From assembly GCA_004022145.1 (NCBI GenBank), contig RCNU01000005.1: DNA of 64,000 bases; one strand, 5' to 3'. Below the pieces are notes generated by a model, which made no database searches, was not told where the DNA came from, and saw nothing but the letters and a program-made list of their open reading frames with translations. Every line of letters starts with the position of its first letter. The first letter of the stretch is position 1. Made by a program: the position numbers and the translations under genes. The stretch comes from Paecilomyces variotii. Taxonomy: Eukaryota. Positions 36,359 through 50,022 of this stretch are shown here, piece after piece.

Positions 36359-37304
36359 TCACGCTTTCTGAGCAGTCTCTTCCTCGAAGCTACCCTCATC
36401 CGCCTCCGGTCGGTAACCACTGTTGTATAGGTGCTGCGCATCTTCCCAAGCGTACCATCTCTCCCGAAGGACGTGCTTGATGCCATTCTGCGTAACTCGA
36501 ATCTGGAAGGGGATGTTGTCAGCACGATTGACTTGACCACAAGACGGAAATAGCTGGAATGCACTGAAGTTCGGTAGCGGGGAGGGACAAGGAACAGCAT
36601 AAGCAAGCTCATTATATACTCCAGATTCTCATCACCATGATTGCGGTAACTGATGTAACTGGACGACGGGTATATCGTTGCTCGGGCTCGATGCAGTTCC
36701 AACACAAAAGACAACTCAGCGACGACTCACCACTCTGTCACGATCATTGGCCTCGTATTCTCCATAACCGGCCTTCAGCCTCTTCCTTTCCAGATTGGAT
36801 GTAGCTATCCTGTTGCGCTCCTTGACGCAAACCCACCAAAGGCTGTGGAGATCTTCGAAAGACTTCTCGCGGAGTTCCTGGATAGACCAAGGGCGGCCTA
36901 GAACCAATGAGCGAAGGCTTGCAATTCACATGAAAGAAGTGCTTACCGTGTGCGATATCATATTCAGGGCTGCTCAGTGCCTGCTTGTCCTTCGGAAAGA
37001 ACTCCCATAGGCCATGGTTGGGAGTAGGATCACGAGCCTGTCGGGCCGACAGCACAGGCTTCGGCAACGGATACTTGGAGACTCCCAGTGGATGCTTGGG
37101 GCCAGTTCTGTGAATCGCAGAAACGCCGCGAGACTTGCTCAGATCCTTTCCAGCCGCAGCAGCCGTGGAAGAAAAGCTCGAGCTCTGGGTCGGTGATCGG
37201 ATTATGGAGAAGTGAAGGGAAGGCGCGAGATATGGAGGGGGTAATTCGACCAGGGGAGAAGCCCCATACTGGCGAGAGAGCCTCAGCAATGATTGCCGAT
37301 GCAT
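36359..37304 (-). CDS. mrpl4: Mitochondrial ribosomal protein uL29m (MRPL4/MRPL47)
   Basis: [40 protein letters not shown], last exon [19 protein letters not shown]. Mitochondrial presequence; two introns. Confidence 0.92.
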
Positions 37305-38360
37305 TGGGACTGTTGTTGCGCGACGTTACGATCGAACTGCCTTCAAACGTCCACTTTTTGCGGACTTGAGTTGCGGCCGGCGCTAAAGAGCGGCTACGGA
37401 GAAGCGCGGTACATGACAAACTATGCCGAACTAGGTAGTTATATTCTTTCTCCGATCATATGGAGAGAATCTCGGTTCTGCCAGTTGCACACATGGTAGG
37501 TGTTCATATCATCCTTCTCGGTCCTTTTCTGCTAATGTTGCTCTTAGTTCTAGCCTGGCTCATTCTATTTTTGGGACAAATTTGGATGTATAACCGTCAA
37601 CACCCCATTTCGTCAGTCGGGATCCCAGACATAGAAAAGAGTAGAGTAGAGTATAGTAATGTATGTCTGTCATCCAAGTCAGAAAGTATTGCTGCAACAC
37701 TATGTGGCTCTATATTGCATAGAATTAGGGGGGGGTTGGTATATGACTATGGCGTACCCCGAGATTATCTAAGAGAGTGGCACTAGTTAGTCTATCAGAT
37801 TCTATATCTATTAGAGTCAAGCTAGCTTGCCACAATAGTTTCAAACTCAAAACTTGTTCTTTTCTACATCGCCGTCTTTTGAACAAGCTAGGATGGTTCA
37901 TGCATCACTGAGATGCTGAAAATCTCACGTATGGCCGTAGTTTGTAGCACGAGGTGTCTACTACTAGTATGTATGCGCTATGCAAATCGCACTTCACCAG
38001 AAACGATCACCAGATTTTTATCCGATCATATTGGTAGCAATATATATAGCTCTATCAAACGAGATAGCTCTACATTCAGAATTGTATAAGTATCAGAATA
38101 GTATTCCAACTTGATCTGCCCTCTCTACCGCTCGGTTAACATGTGGCCCGTGCGCAAGACTCACGAAGCGCGCGGCTATATTCTCTCCACCTCCAGCAAT
38201 GGAGCGAGCAACTGCGCCGCATGAACCTTTGTTAACGGAGCTTCTGAGCAGCAACTTCCATACTATATACACTATAGAGAGTCCTGGTGGGACCTTCCTA
38301 CACTTTGTCAAGCTCCGCAGCTCCTTCTGAGAGATTGTTGAGGCTATCTACCTTCCCAGA

Positions 38361-40651
38361 ATGAATCGGCCAGGTTCGTCAGTCCTCAGTTACGATGTGT
38401 CCCCGTTTATCTACTATTGCTGCGGTGATGGTCTGGATGTCTCTTGAAAGACACATCTTTTGGGCCTATTTTGCTTTGGGAATGCTTCAGGCCCTATGCA
38501 TCTGAGACCAACCCTTCGATCTTATCCACATTCGCTCCCACAAGATGGATTCGTCCTTGGCGGCGGTTGACAATTCCTGCGGGCGCCCATCCAAATCGCC
38601 TGCGACTTGGGCTAAAGTGGTCGCAGCATCTTCAGAAGATTCTGCTCCAAGAAGGAAGGCTGACAGCTCGGTGGATAATACAGGACCAGGCCCACAGCCT
38701 CTGAGAGGCATGTCCGGATTCCCCGCCCAACAACAAGCTCAGGCGCGAAATGCGACGTTGGCCTCGGCGCGCTTACCAAACGGCAAAATTGGTGCGATAA
38801 TAACATCTGATGATTTCCGGATACAAATACCTAGAGACTAACGGGCTGAGGGTGGTGGACAGGGAATACCGCTAATTGGAATTTCGGACTGCCTATGGGA
38901 GGCGCACCAGGCCTTCAGAATAATCAGCAACGTAACATGGGGACCATGGGGAGCTTCGCACAGAGCCTAGGAGGATCGCAGCCCGCAACTCCTCTGGATC
39001 TTTCGTAAGTGAGATCCGTGTCATGAGAGATTAGTGGTTTGCGGACACTGAACAAAGCATTTGGGGTAGGGAATTCCCATCGTTGTCTGGAGCACCCCCG
39101 CAATCGCAGTCTCAAGCCCCTGGACAAGCAGTATGGGCCAACGCAAGCCAACGTGCAACACAGCAGACCCCAGTCCAACGACAACAACCTCCTTCATCGC
39201 AAGCGCCGTCACGAGCATCGCAAACACAGTCTCATTTGCCTCAGCAGCAATCCCAACCTTCACACGAGGATCTTTTCCCGTCAGGAGCACAATTTGCGAA
39301 CAGGCTCGACGATTTCCGCAACGGTGGTCGAGGAATCAGTGGCCAACTCGGTGCTAGCAGTCAGCCTCAAACGGGCAATATTGAAGAATTTCCGCCCTTA
39401 GGAAGGAATGTCCATGGAGACCTAGGCCAGGAACGAAGGGAATCATTACTTCAGAACGCGGGATTCGGAAACTACGCCAGCAACATTGCATTTTCTGGAA
39501 TAAATCAGACACAGTCAGCCCAAAATCGCAACATGATGGCAGCATCCATGAACGGGCAGGAGACCGCCAGGATCATGTCACCAACAGCTACAGGTACGGG
39601 AGCCAGGCTTCAAAATACACAGAGTGTGGGCGAGTTGGGCTCATTATCATACATAGGCATGTCTGCATCGAGATCGCCTATCAACCAAGGATCAAATGGT
39701 ATTCTGAGTCAAGATAAAGAGGTACATCACGCGTTGCTTCTGGTATCCTATGGTTTCTAATTCGTCTCTACAGGACTTGAGCGGCTCCATTTCTTCCAAC
39801 CAACGTGCCGCTTTCACTGAACAGGCAACTCAGGCGCAGTTGCAACAGATGCAACAGCGCCAGCAGCAAACTGGGGGTTCTTCAGCCGAAGGGCAAGACT
39901 CAGCGGGAGCTACCCAGAGCGCTGAACAGCCGCCTTTATCTCAAATGAGCGAGATAGACAGATTTGGTCTTGCTGGATTGCTACGAATGATCCATAGCGA
40001 AAGCCCAGACGTCGCTAGTCTTGCAGTAGGTCAAGATCTGATGACTCTCGGCTTAGACCTCAACCAGCCTGAGTGCGTTTCCAAATTATTTCAACGAATG
40101 ACATTATTGTACTATGCTGACAAGCTCTGAAGGCCACTTCATCCATCCGTTGCCTCCCCCTTCGTCTCGTCCATGTCAACGGTGCCTTTGGAACAGGATT
40201 ATTCCCTTCCTTCTTGCTACGCGGTGGCAAATATCCAACCTCTTCAGTCTCGCATCCCGAGCTTCAGTGATGAAACTCTATTCTACATATTCTACAGTAT
40301 GCCGCGAGATATAATGCAGGAACTCGTAGCCGAGGAGCTCATGGGCCGCAAATGGAGATACCACAAGGTGGAAAGATGTTGGTTGACGCGAGACGAAACT
40401 TACCCAGGACCCGTGGATGTGGAGAGGGGTGTAAGCGAACGAGGCGTCTACTTGTGGTGGGATGCCGCGAGCTGGAAGAAGATTCGGGTAGGTCTTCTCC
40501 CTTCAATGCCACAGACCAAATCTGCAACGATATAGCTAACTAATTTTTCATGCAGCGAGAGTTTATCCTTCGCTATGAAGATCTTGACAACAGGCTGGAC
40601 CCAAACAGGAGTATCGCACGCACTGTCGGCTTTCCGCCTCATGCTTCATGA
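38361..40651 (+). CDS. not2: CCR4-NOT subunit NOT2 (Cdc36)
   Basis: Q/S-rich N-terminus, DRFGLAGLL, GQDLMTLGLDLN, NOT-box FSDETLFYIFYSMPRDIMQELVAEELMGRKWRYHK. Multi-intron. Confidence 0.92.
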
Positions 40652-41020
40652 ATTGTTCTTAGCACATGGTACTCGATCAGAAATGGGTTTGGTTGAAGAC
40701 CAATTTATGTATTGTCCAACGATCTGCAAAATGTATCAACGGCACCGGAAACGGTAGCGGTCTGGAGACCACGACACATACTCGAACATCCCTCCAGTTT
40801 TCTTCATATGCGCAAGAACCTCCCCTTGACTGTAATAGACCCTGTCCCTTTTCCTACAGGACGCCGTAGTCGGGGAGTGTTATGTCATAGTAACGCAGTT
40901 AAACTCCAACGGCTGTTAGCATTTAGAACTGTCTATCGTTGAACTGCTGGAAGAGGGAAGGGATAGCCATATCTGCATTATAGTCGCTCGTGTTTCGACT
41001 GCGAACTAGTCTCTAGGAAG

Positions 41021-42088
41021 CTACATTGGTTTCTTAGCTGAAGACAGAATAGCAATCCAATCCGTCTCAATAGGCTGGTCCTTCCCATACTTGTTTTCCA
41101 AGTACGTCCGCATGACAGGTGCTATATCCTTCTCGTGTGCTTGTTTTTGGTCTTCACTCCAGAACCTGGACGTGATGAGGGGAATCATGCTCGATAACAT
41201 AGTAATAAACTGGTCGTGGTTATCCACTACCACAGTCTCCTGTATCGGCTTCACCGAAACGTCCTCGAATCCGTGTTCTCGAAGACATGAAGCGATCCAA
41301 GCCTCATCGTCCCAGTGACCCTTGCCTATAGCAGCAAGGAACTCTTTCTGGGATGGAAAGGGAAGGTTTCCTGGTATTGTTGCGACAGCGTCCCTAAGAT
41401 CTGAGAACCATCCGCCTACGTCAAAAGATATGATGCATCAGCTAGAATACTTTGTAACAGCTTGAGGCTTTGTAAGTGACTTACTTTTTATCCACGTCGA
41501 AAACGCGAATGTTCCACCGGGTTTTAGGATTCGAAAGGATTCTTCTTATATCGTTAGTAGTCAAAACAATTACACTGGAGATAAGCCACATCTCATGACT
41601 GATACCGACCTTTAATGGCTGCGAACGGGTCAGGGAGTGCCATGATGACTTATCGATCCAAGTCAGCAGCTATTTCATCCTGTCATTTTTGATCAAGGAT
41701 ACCTACCGAACGCCGCGAAAACATGTGAATAATGCGAACTAGCAAGATCTGTCTTCTGCGCATCCACGACCTTCGTTTCCGTATTCTTCCATCCTTCCTC
41801 TTGTATTCTTCTTTTGGTTATCTCAAGCATAACCTCAGATACATCAGCGCAGGTCAGCTGCATGTTACTTTTGGCTTCTTTATCCAACAACTCGTGCAGA
41901 TTTTCAGCCACAACGCCGGTTCCGCATGCATTATCAAGAATAATAAGCGGTCTTTCTTTGATAGATTGGATTCCTGATTGTTCAACGAGGTGCTTAGCAT
42001 ACGGGCCGGTGATCCCTTCTGCGAACCGGTAGCGGGATGCGAAGGTGGGATCCTCCCATAGTGCTTTGAGCTCTGGGACGGTTGACAT
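41021..42088 (-). CDS. Class I SAM-dependent methyltransferase (UbiE-like)
   Basis: Motif I ILDNACGTG, LTCADVS, RILKPGGTFAFSTW. Multi-intron. ATG 42088 (MSTVPELK). Confidence 0.85.
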
Positions 42089-42963
42089 GATATGCGATGA
42101 ATATATCAAAGACGAATGCACTGTTAGAGATGAGGTCTATTGTAGTTGTCCAGTAATAGAGTGGTGGTGGTCACTTTGGCGGGATACATATAAATATATA
42201 TTCCAACGGGTGGCCTAACTCATCCAAGGTTCTATAGAGATGCGCATCAGCAGCCCACAACCCTTCGTATAGGTACAACACAAAGTCGCCGAATGTCTCC
42301 GAGGTACCTTGGGAGGCTTGAGAATCAGGAAGTGTAGCATGATGTTGCAAACAATTTCGAAGAGAAAGTATCCGAGATGTCTCCGTCGCTGACATCTTGG
42401 CAATAGTGAGTGATACGACTGGCAGATTTCCATTGAATGGAGCAAATAATTGGAATTCAAGGATGGTAGAATAGTGTATTAAGTACCTACATTAGGCTAT
42501 ATAAAAATAGCGTTTGATCTCCCAAGGAAACTGCCATCGGTATCCCGAACTCTCAGCTGGTGACTGAAAACGCTCCACGGAGATCCTCTGTTTTTTTTCG
42601 ACTACGAAACTAGACAAATAAACTGATCGTAATATGTGTTCGGATCTCTATCCAAATGGATATGTTATTCATAGGGAAACTAAGAAACATCTATCGTGAA
42701 TGCCCAATTCCCAATCCGTCCATCGAGACGAGCACGTGTGCTTATGTCATCCCCCGCTCTGCACCAAGCCAGACACGGCAAACCGTAAACACCGCGGCGC
42801 CGGGTCTGGGCACTCAGGCACAACACCGCGTCAACAGAAAATCGAACCGCGAGACGATCTGCGACCGGACTGTCCATCTGCTATCGCCCCTCTCTCGGTC
42901 TCCATCTGTGACCCATGTCATCGCATAGAAGCTGATTGAGGGTGATTTACTGGAGTCGCAGCC

Positions 42964-45900
42964 ATGAGGATTGTCGAGATTATTATCGACGTGAGTAATG
43001 GCCCCGAGGTCCAGAGTTAACCATGAAGATTTGCGCAAGCTGACCTAGCCTACCACAGGGTTTCAAATCGTACGCTGTGCGTACGGTGATCTCAGGATGG
43101 TATGCGCTGATTACGCCCATTTGTGGAATCTTGTTTTGTGATCGTTTCGACCAGCTGGCTACGATCGATCTCTCCAGCATCCAGCGGCGCATTCTGCTGA
43201 CTTCGGAGATAGGGACGAATCCTTCAACTCGATCACTGGCCTGAACGGCAGTGGCAAGTCCAACATCCTTGATGCGATCTGTTTCGTTTTGGGTATTACG
43301 AATATGACGACCGTGCGAGCACAGAACCTGCAAGATCTTATCTACAAGCGTGGTCAGGCAGGAGTTACCAAGGCTAGCGTGACTATCGTTTTCGACAATC
43401 ACGACAAGGAGAAATCCCCGATCGGATTTGAGGAATATACCAGCATTTCAGTTACGCGACAGATTGTCCTAGGCGGTACGAGCAAGTATCTCATCAATGG
43501 CCATCGAGCCCAGCAGCAGACGGTGCAAAACCTGTTCCAGAGCGTTCAGCTAAATATCAACAACCCGAATTTCCTGATCATGCAAGGAAGGATCACGAAG
43601 GTCTTGAACATGAAGGCCGTGGAAATACTGTCGATGATTGAGGAGGCAGCTGGTACGCGCATGTTCGAGGACCGGAAGGAGAAGGCAGGGAAGACAATGG
43701 CGAAGAAAGAGATGAAGGTTCGCGAAATCGAAGGCCTGCTCAAGGAAGAGATCGAGCCGAAGCTTGAAAAGCTGAGAGGCGAGAAACGAGCTTTTCTTGA
43801 TTTCCAACAGACGCAAGGTGACCTCGAGCGGTTGACGCGGTTGGTTGTTGCTCACGACTACCTCAAGAACGGCGAGAGGTTGAGAGTGGCTGGCGAAGAA
43901 TACGAAACGAAGAAGGCTAAGATCCAAGCCCTCGAGGACAACGCCGCGAAGCTTAAGGGTGAAATCGCGCACCTGGAAGAAGACGTCAAGAGAGTCAAGG
44001 CCGTGCGTGAGAAGGAACTCCGAAAAGGAGGTAAATTCCAGGCTCTGGAGGATCAGGTCAAAGCCCACTCACATGAGTTGGTCCGACTGAATACCGTTTT
44101 TGACCTGAAAAACTCGAGCATGGCCGAAGAAAAAGAGAAACGAAAGGAGATTCAAAAGACTGTAGCCGAACTTGAAAAGTTGTTGAAGGAAAAGAAGAAG
44201 GTATACGATAAATTGCAGGCACAATACGACACTGCAAAAGCCGAGCTGGATGCCCAGACGGCCGAAGTCGAACAAAAAGAGGAGCTGCTACAGACACTAC
44301 AGACTGGTGTCGCATCCAAGGAAGGCCAGGAAAACGGCTACCAGGGCCAGCTTCAAGATGCCCGAAACAGAGTCAGCACAGCCACCACGGAGCAGGAGCA
44401 AGCCAAGCTTAAGATTGCTCATCTCGAGAAGAGAATCAAAGAGGAAGAGCCTCGTGCCAAGAAAGCTAAGGAACAGAACTCTGGTCTCTTAAAAGAGCTG
44501 GAGGGTTTGAAGTCTCAAGCGAAGAAGCTTGAGGCCGAACTGGCGAAGCAAGGGTTCGAGCCGGGTAGAGAGGATCAAATGTACGAGGAACAATCAACGT
44601 TACAGAGAAGTATTCGAGAACTCCGTGAACAGGCAGATGGATTGAGGCGAAAAGTCGCAAATATCGACTTCAACTATGCCGACCCGTACCCGAACTTCGA
44701 CAGGTCCAAGGTTAAAGGTCTTGTTGCTCAGTTGTTCACCCTGAATAAAGACAGAACAGAGGCTGGAACCGCGCTCGAGATCTGTGCTGGTGGACGTCTG
44801 TACAATGTTGTGGTTGATAGTGCCGAGACCGGCACGCAACTTCTCCAGAAGGGCAAGCTCCGCAAGCGAGTCACTATTATTCCTTTGAACAAGATCTCGG
44901 CTTTTAAAGCCTCGGCAGAGAAGATCGGGGCAGCACAGAGACTTGCTCCTGGTGCAGTGGATCTTGCCTTGTCACTGATAGGGTACGATGAAGAGATTAC
45001 TGCAGCGATGGAGTATGTGTTTGGTAACACCTTGATCTGCCGCGACGCCGATACTGCGAAGAGAGTGACGTTTGATCCCTCCGTTAGGATGAAAAGCGTT
45101 ACCCTCGATGGAGACGTCTATGATCCATCCGGAACCTTATCCGGTGGCAGCTCTCCTAATTCTAGCGGTGTCCTTGTTATTCTGCAGAAGTTGAATGAGG
45201 TGAACAGAGAACTAAAAACTAAGGAGCGGCTCTTGGCGACCCTTCAGGAGACCATGAAGCGTGAAAAGAAGAGGCTCGATACCGCACGAGCTATTAAACA
45301 AGAGCTCGATCTGAAAACCCATGAGATCCGACTCACTGAAGAGCAAATAAACAGCAACTCATCCTCATCGGTAAGTGCTTTCCTTAGCTATGCTTCAGCC
45401 GATTGCTAACAATCATAGATTATTCACGCCGTTGAGGAAATGAAAGCGAACATCGAGCAACTACACAAAGATATTGCGGACGCCAAGGCTCGCCAGACTG
45501 AAGCTGCCAAGGATATTAAGCGCATCGAGAAGGATATGAGTGAGTTCAACAACAACAAGGATAGCAAGTTGGCCCAGTTGCAGTCTTCACTTGATGCACT
45601 GAAGAAGAGTCTGAACAAGAACTCAATCTCTGTGAAGACCCTTCAGAAAGAACTACAAGCCTCCAGATTGGACTCTGAGCAGGCCGGAAGTGACCTTTCA
45701 GCCGCTGAGGAACAGCTTTCTGAGTCTGATGCTGCTTTGAAGGCGCAGTTAGAAGAGGTGCAGTCTCTAAACAGGGAACAGGCACGAATCAAGGTAAGGA
45801 CATATGGCTCATGTGTGTGGTATCATGTAATGTTCTGACAATTGTCTAGGATGCCCATGACGTTGCACAAGCTCAATTGGAAGATGAGCGTGCCAAGCTC

Positions 45901-46851
45901 ACCGGATTCGACGACGAGCTGCGCGAGCTTGAGGAGGCTATGCGCTCGAAAGCTTCTCGTATCACTGAGGAGGGCCTGGAAATGCAGAAGCTTGGCCATC
46001 AGCTTGAGAAATTGCACAAAGACCAGCAAGCCGCGGCGCAGATGGTGGCCAACATGGAAAAGGAACATGAATGGATTGCCGATGAGAAGGACAATTTCGG
46101 TCGCCCTAACACCCCTTACGACTTCAAGGGCCAGAACATCGCAGAGTGCAGGGCGACTCTGCGGAACGTAACTGAGCGCTTCCAGGGAATGAAGAAGAAG
46201 ATCAACCCGAAGGTCATGAATATGATCGACAGTGTCGAGAAGAAGGAAGTCGCGCTGAAGAACATGATGAAGACCGTCATCAGAGATAAGCGGAAGATCG
46301 AGGAGACTATTATCAGTCTGGACGAATATAAGAAAGAAGCACTGCACAAGACGTGGACCAAGGTCAATGCCGATTTTGGTCAAATCTTTGCAGAACTTCT
46401 TCCTGGTAGCTTCGCGAAGCTTGACCCTCCAGAAGGCAAGGATATCACCGATGGACTGGAGGTGAAAGTATCTCTCGGAAAGGTCTGGAAACAGAGCTTG
46501 ACCGAGTTGAGTGGTGGACAACGGTGAGTGTCTCTCATAAACAGCAATTTTAAGGATCACCGAACTAATTATCTTGATGCTCACAGTTCACTTATCGCGC
46601 TCTCCCTCATCATGGCCCTTCTTCAGTTCAAGCCCGCACCAATGTATATTCTGGACGAAGTGGATGCTGCCCTTGATCTTTCACACACCCAGAATATTGG
46701 TCGCTTGATCAAGACGCGCTTCAAGGGTTCTCAGTTCATTGTCGTTTCCCTCAAGGATGGCATGTTCCAGAACGCGAACCGGATCTTCCGGACGAGGTTC
46801 AGTGAAGGAACTAGTGTTGTCCAGGCGCTGACCCCGGCTGATATGAAATAG
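42964..46851 (+). CDS. smc2: Condensin subunit SMC2
   Basis: MRIVEIIID|GFKSY, Walker A GLNGSGKSNILDAICFVLG, NLQDLIYKRGQAG, hinge, signature LSGGQR, Walker B YILDEVDAALD. Confidence 0.97.
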
Positions 46852-47590
46852 AGCCGGGGATATTGGGTCTATTTCTTTTGTCTCCCTTGTCCGTCTGCTG
46901 ACTGGGGGAAGGACTTTCTGTCGTACGTGGGCTGCTATGTCTGATGTCCATGGTTGGTGTTTATGGGGTTTGTATAGGGTCCTGGGTTCAAATAGGGACA
47001 TCTGGGATGAGCTATGCGTAATGATGAATTTTGGTGATTTCGCTATACCTATATATGCATGTTTCAGTTTCCCATTTTATTGTTGACACTTGTAGACATA
47101 GATTGCTGTGTAGTTTCCGCATAGGGGTTACGGCGCCGCATAGGGAAATTGCGCAGCCGACCTGGTGGACCGAACTCAGCTCACGCTGTTTTGGCCAGCG
47201 TGGATTCTCCGGTATTACCCAACTACTATTCAGTACATACTATCTTTATTCATTTCTATTCCATCGTTTGAGAGTTGAATCAAGTGCTACACTCCTTTAC
47301 TGTGTCCCTTCCTGTCCACTTGCTCTCGGGCCGTTTTCCGCACGTGAGTGATCTCACGGTCCGATCGGTGTCCCTACCACCCGCCACATCCTACTTCGGT
47401 CATCTTGGAACGTCGCAAACAATCGTCGGTCTGTCGATCACTCTTAGCCTAAACAATTGAACCTGAGGGCTCTTATCTATCTGTGCCATCAAGAGGAAAA
47501 TAGAAAGGCAGCGGTATTCACGCTCTACGGCATCAGGCGCTAACCTTGCGTGTCATACCACACTCATTCAGCTCTGTCGCCCCTCCGAGA

Positions 47591-48336
47591 ATGACGGACG
47601 AAGAGCCCTCGTTGAACATTCCTTCACTCCTTACACTCGCCGTCGTTTCATTCTTTGTGATTCGATGGTTCTTCAACCGTGATAGTGGTGCAGACGGCGC
47701 AAGGCCGGGAGAAGCGCTGGGTCGTACGCGGAGGAGGGTCGATCCGGCGCATGTCGAGCAGATATCGCAGATGTTCCCGCAACTCAACAGGCGTGACATC
47801 ATGTGGGATTTGCAGAGGAATGGAGGAAGCATGGCAGCGACTACAGAGAGAATATTGACTGGTAGAGGACTGGAAGTGGTGAGTCTCCTGGGCGCGGTTA
47901 TCCGGCGCTTTCCAACATCTCCGAGCGCAAAGGATAATAGGATAGCGCGGGAGACATAGGTTCAATGTCTTTGATAGATTCCTTTATCTTGCTAACAAAT
48001 ATGCCAAATTAGCCCCCGCCCTCCTTCCAGCCCCAGATCCCTGTTCCTACCACCAGCACTGCAACGACTCAGAATCCTTCGGCCTCCGGGTCGTCCGCGA
48101 AGCCGCAACCCCAAGACCTCATATCGCGCTACAACCTCGCATCGAAGATCGCATCGGAGAATGACAGAGACTCATCAGAGACATCCCCGTCGGTGGATAG
48201 CGCATGGTCACAGAGCAAGAGTGAGCGACAACGGCTCCTCCAGAAGCGGAGGGATGAGATGATCCTGGCGGCGAGGAGAAAGTTACAGCAGAAGGATAAG
48301 GAAACAATGAGTACACCCGTCTCATCTTCTTCGTGA
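47591..48336 (+). CDS. Membrane-anchored CUE-domain protein (Cue1/Cue4-like, ERAD)
   Basis: N-terminal TM, CUE motif QMFPQL...WDLQRNG...TTERIL, C-terminal DLISRYNL and WS.SK.ERQ.LL..RR.EMIL.ARRKL. One intron ~47879-48012. Confidence 0.85.
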
Positions 48337-48628
48337 TCGTTGAGTTTAGTGTCGTTTTCTAAGAAGAGATTCGGAAGTGGCCGCCTAATGTGGGCATTCT
48401 GAATGTGAACAGCTCTTCTATCGTTTCCTCGCAAGCTGGCTTCTCTCATCTATTTGATAGCAAGAGCGCGCATGCTGTATGGCGTTTCATTGGAATGATC
48501 TTTTTATTTATTCTCTATGGCAGCTGCAGGGTATATGCATATAAGGAATTCGTTTTCAAAGTCATAGATCTCATAGTACCCCCTTTTTGGATCACAAGAT
48601 GATGCAAAACCAAAGCAAACCGAAACGC

Positions 48629-49640
48629 CTAGAACTCCATTTCGTCTTCATTTTGCGTGCCGTCGTATGTATTTTCGCGCTCCTCAGCGAGTTGTTCTCT
48701 TCGCGCCAATTCTTTAGACGCCCCGATTTTCCTGATAGAAGGCATAAAGATTAACAGGGAGACGATCGCACATATAATTGTCTCAATAAGGGCGGATGCA
48801 TACCTTAATCCTTCTACCACCCCGGCCACGAACCCTCTACCTTCTCCTATTTCCATGGCCCCTACACCCGTGAGAGCGACGCCGCCTCCACCTGTGGCCG
48901 CCGCATCTAATACATCTACACCCTTTCTCATTTTAGCCATTCTCACCTCCCTAAGGTCCTTCAATAGCCGCCTCAGCTGATCTGGCTCCACGAGATCATC
49001 GCTGGCCGCATCCAGCAGCATATTCCCTACTTCCAGCCAGTGGTACGGTAAGGACGGCGGTTCCCCTGACGGCATCGCATTCGTCCGCGCTACATTCTGC
49101 GGTAGGAAGGGAGGAGCGGGGAAATATAGCTGGCCGTCTAACGTCCTTCGGGCGGTGCGGCCTCTGGGATTCCCTTGGCCGGGGAGTGGAGGAGGAGGGG
49201 AGAAAGCGTCCTTGTATTCGGACCGCTGTGTTTCGATTTCGAGAATTAGAGACAGAGGTTCAGGATGGAGCCAGTCTGGTGGGAGGATGTTTGCGCGGCG
49301 TTGACGCTTGAGGAGGAGAGCGAGCCAAAGAGGAAGAGAAGTGCGACGGGGAGGGAGGAGTGGTTCAGTAGGGCCCTGGGCGGATAAATATGTTAGTCAA
49401 TTGAATTGAATAGAGGGATATCTTCATACGCAGTTTACTAAAAGAGCTAGAGACATTACTGCCATACAGTTGAACGCTTCATTTGCACTAAATCTGCGGG
49501 GAGAAACAAATAGAGAGAGCACTTACACCCAAAAGCTCGAGACCCTCGAGTCGCTGACGAGGAACAATAGTTACCATCTCCATCTCCGCAAGGAATGCTA
49601 TCTCCGGGGGCGTAATGCCCCGCGGGAGAGGAAAAGCCAT
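48629..49640 (-). CDS. psf2: GINS complex subunit PSF2
   Basis: [61 protein letters not shown]. Two introns. Confidence 0.93.
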
Positions 49641-49737
49641 TGCGAGGCTTGATCGTTATACGCGGGGTTCAAAATGAACGTGTCGGAGATGGTCTCTTTG
49701 AGAGAAGTTGAAGATTGTCCACTCTAGATGAGCAGTG

Positions 49738-49745
49738 ACGCGAAA
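49738..49745. promoter_or_regulatory. MCB/SCB-like element (ACGCGAAA) in the PSF2-ALG10 divergent promoter
   Basis: About 100 nt upstream of the PSF2 ATG; further CGCG cores nearby. Confidence 0.45.
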
Positions 49746-50022
49746 CGAACGAGTCTATATATGTGCAGATCGACATTTATGGCTCTGAGACATTGGAAAA
49801 AGTAACGAGCCCCAAGAATTCTAGACTCGCGGCCGCTTCATATGTATATCATTGTCGCGGCATGCTTCGCGAAATAAATGCGGTGTTTGGCTTGTTTGCA
49901 CAGCAGGACGACGGACTGTCCGGGATTATTGGCGAGACAACATTATTGTTGAACTTTCATAGAATGAAAGCACCGAGTCTCACATAAAACCTCCTCCAAG
50001 AGCTCTCAGAGGGCAATACAAA

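Noticed and set aside
45823-46584. 253-aa antisense ORF in SMC2 (and the 222-aa alternate-frame ORF 51081-51749 in ALG10)
   Set aside because: They overlap well-supported genes and show no recognisable domains.
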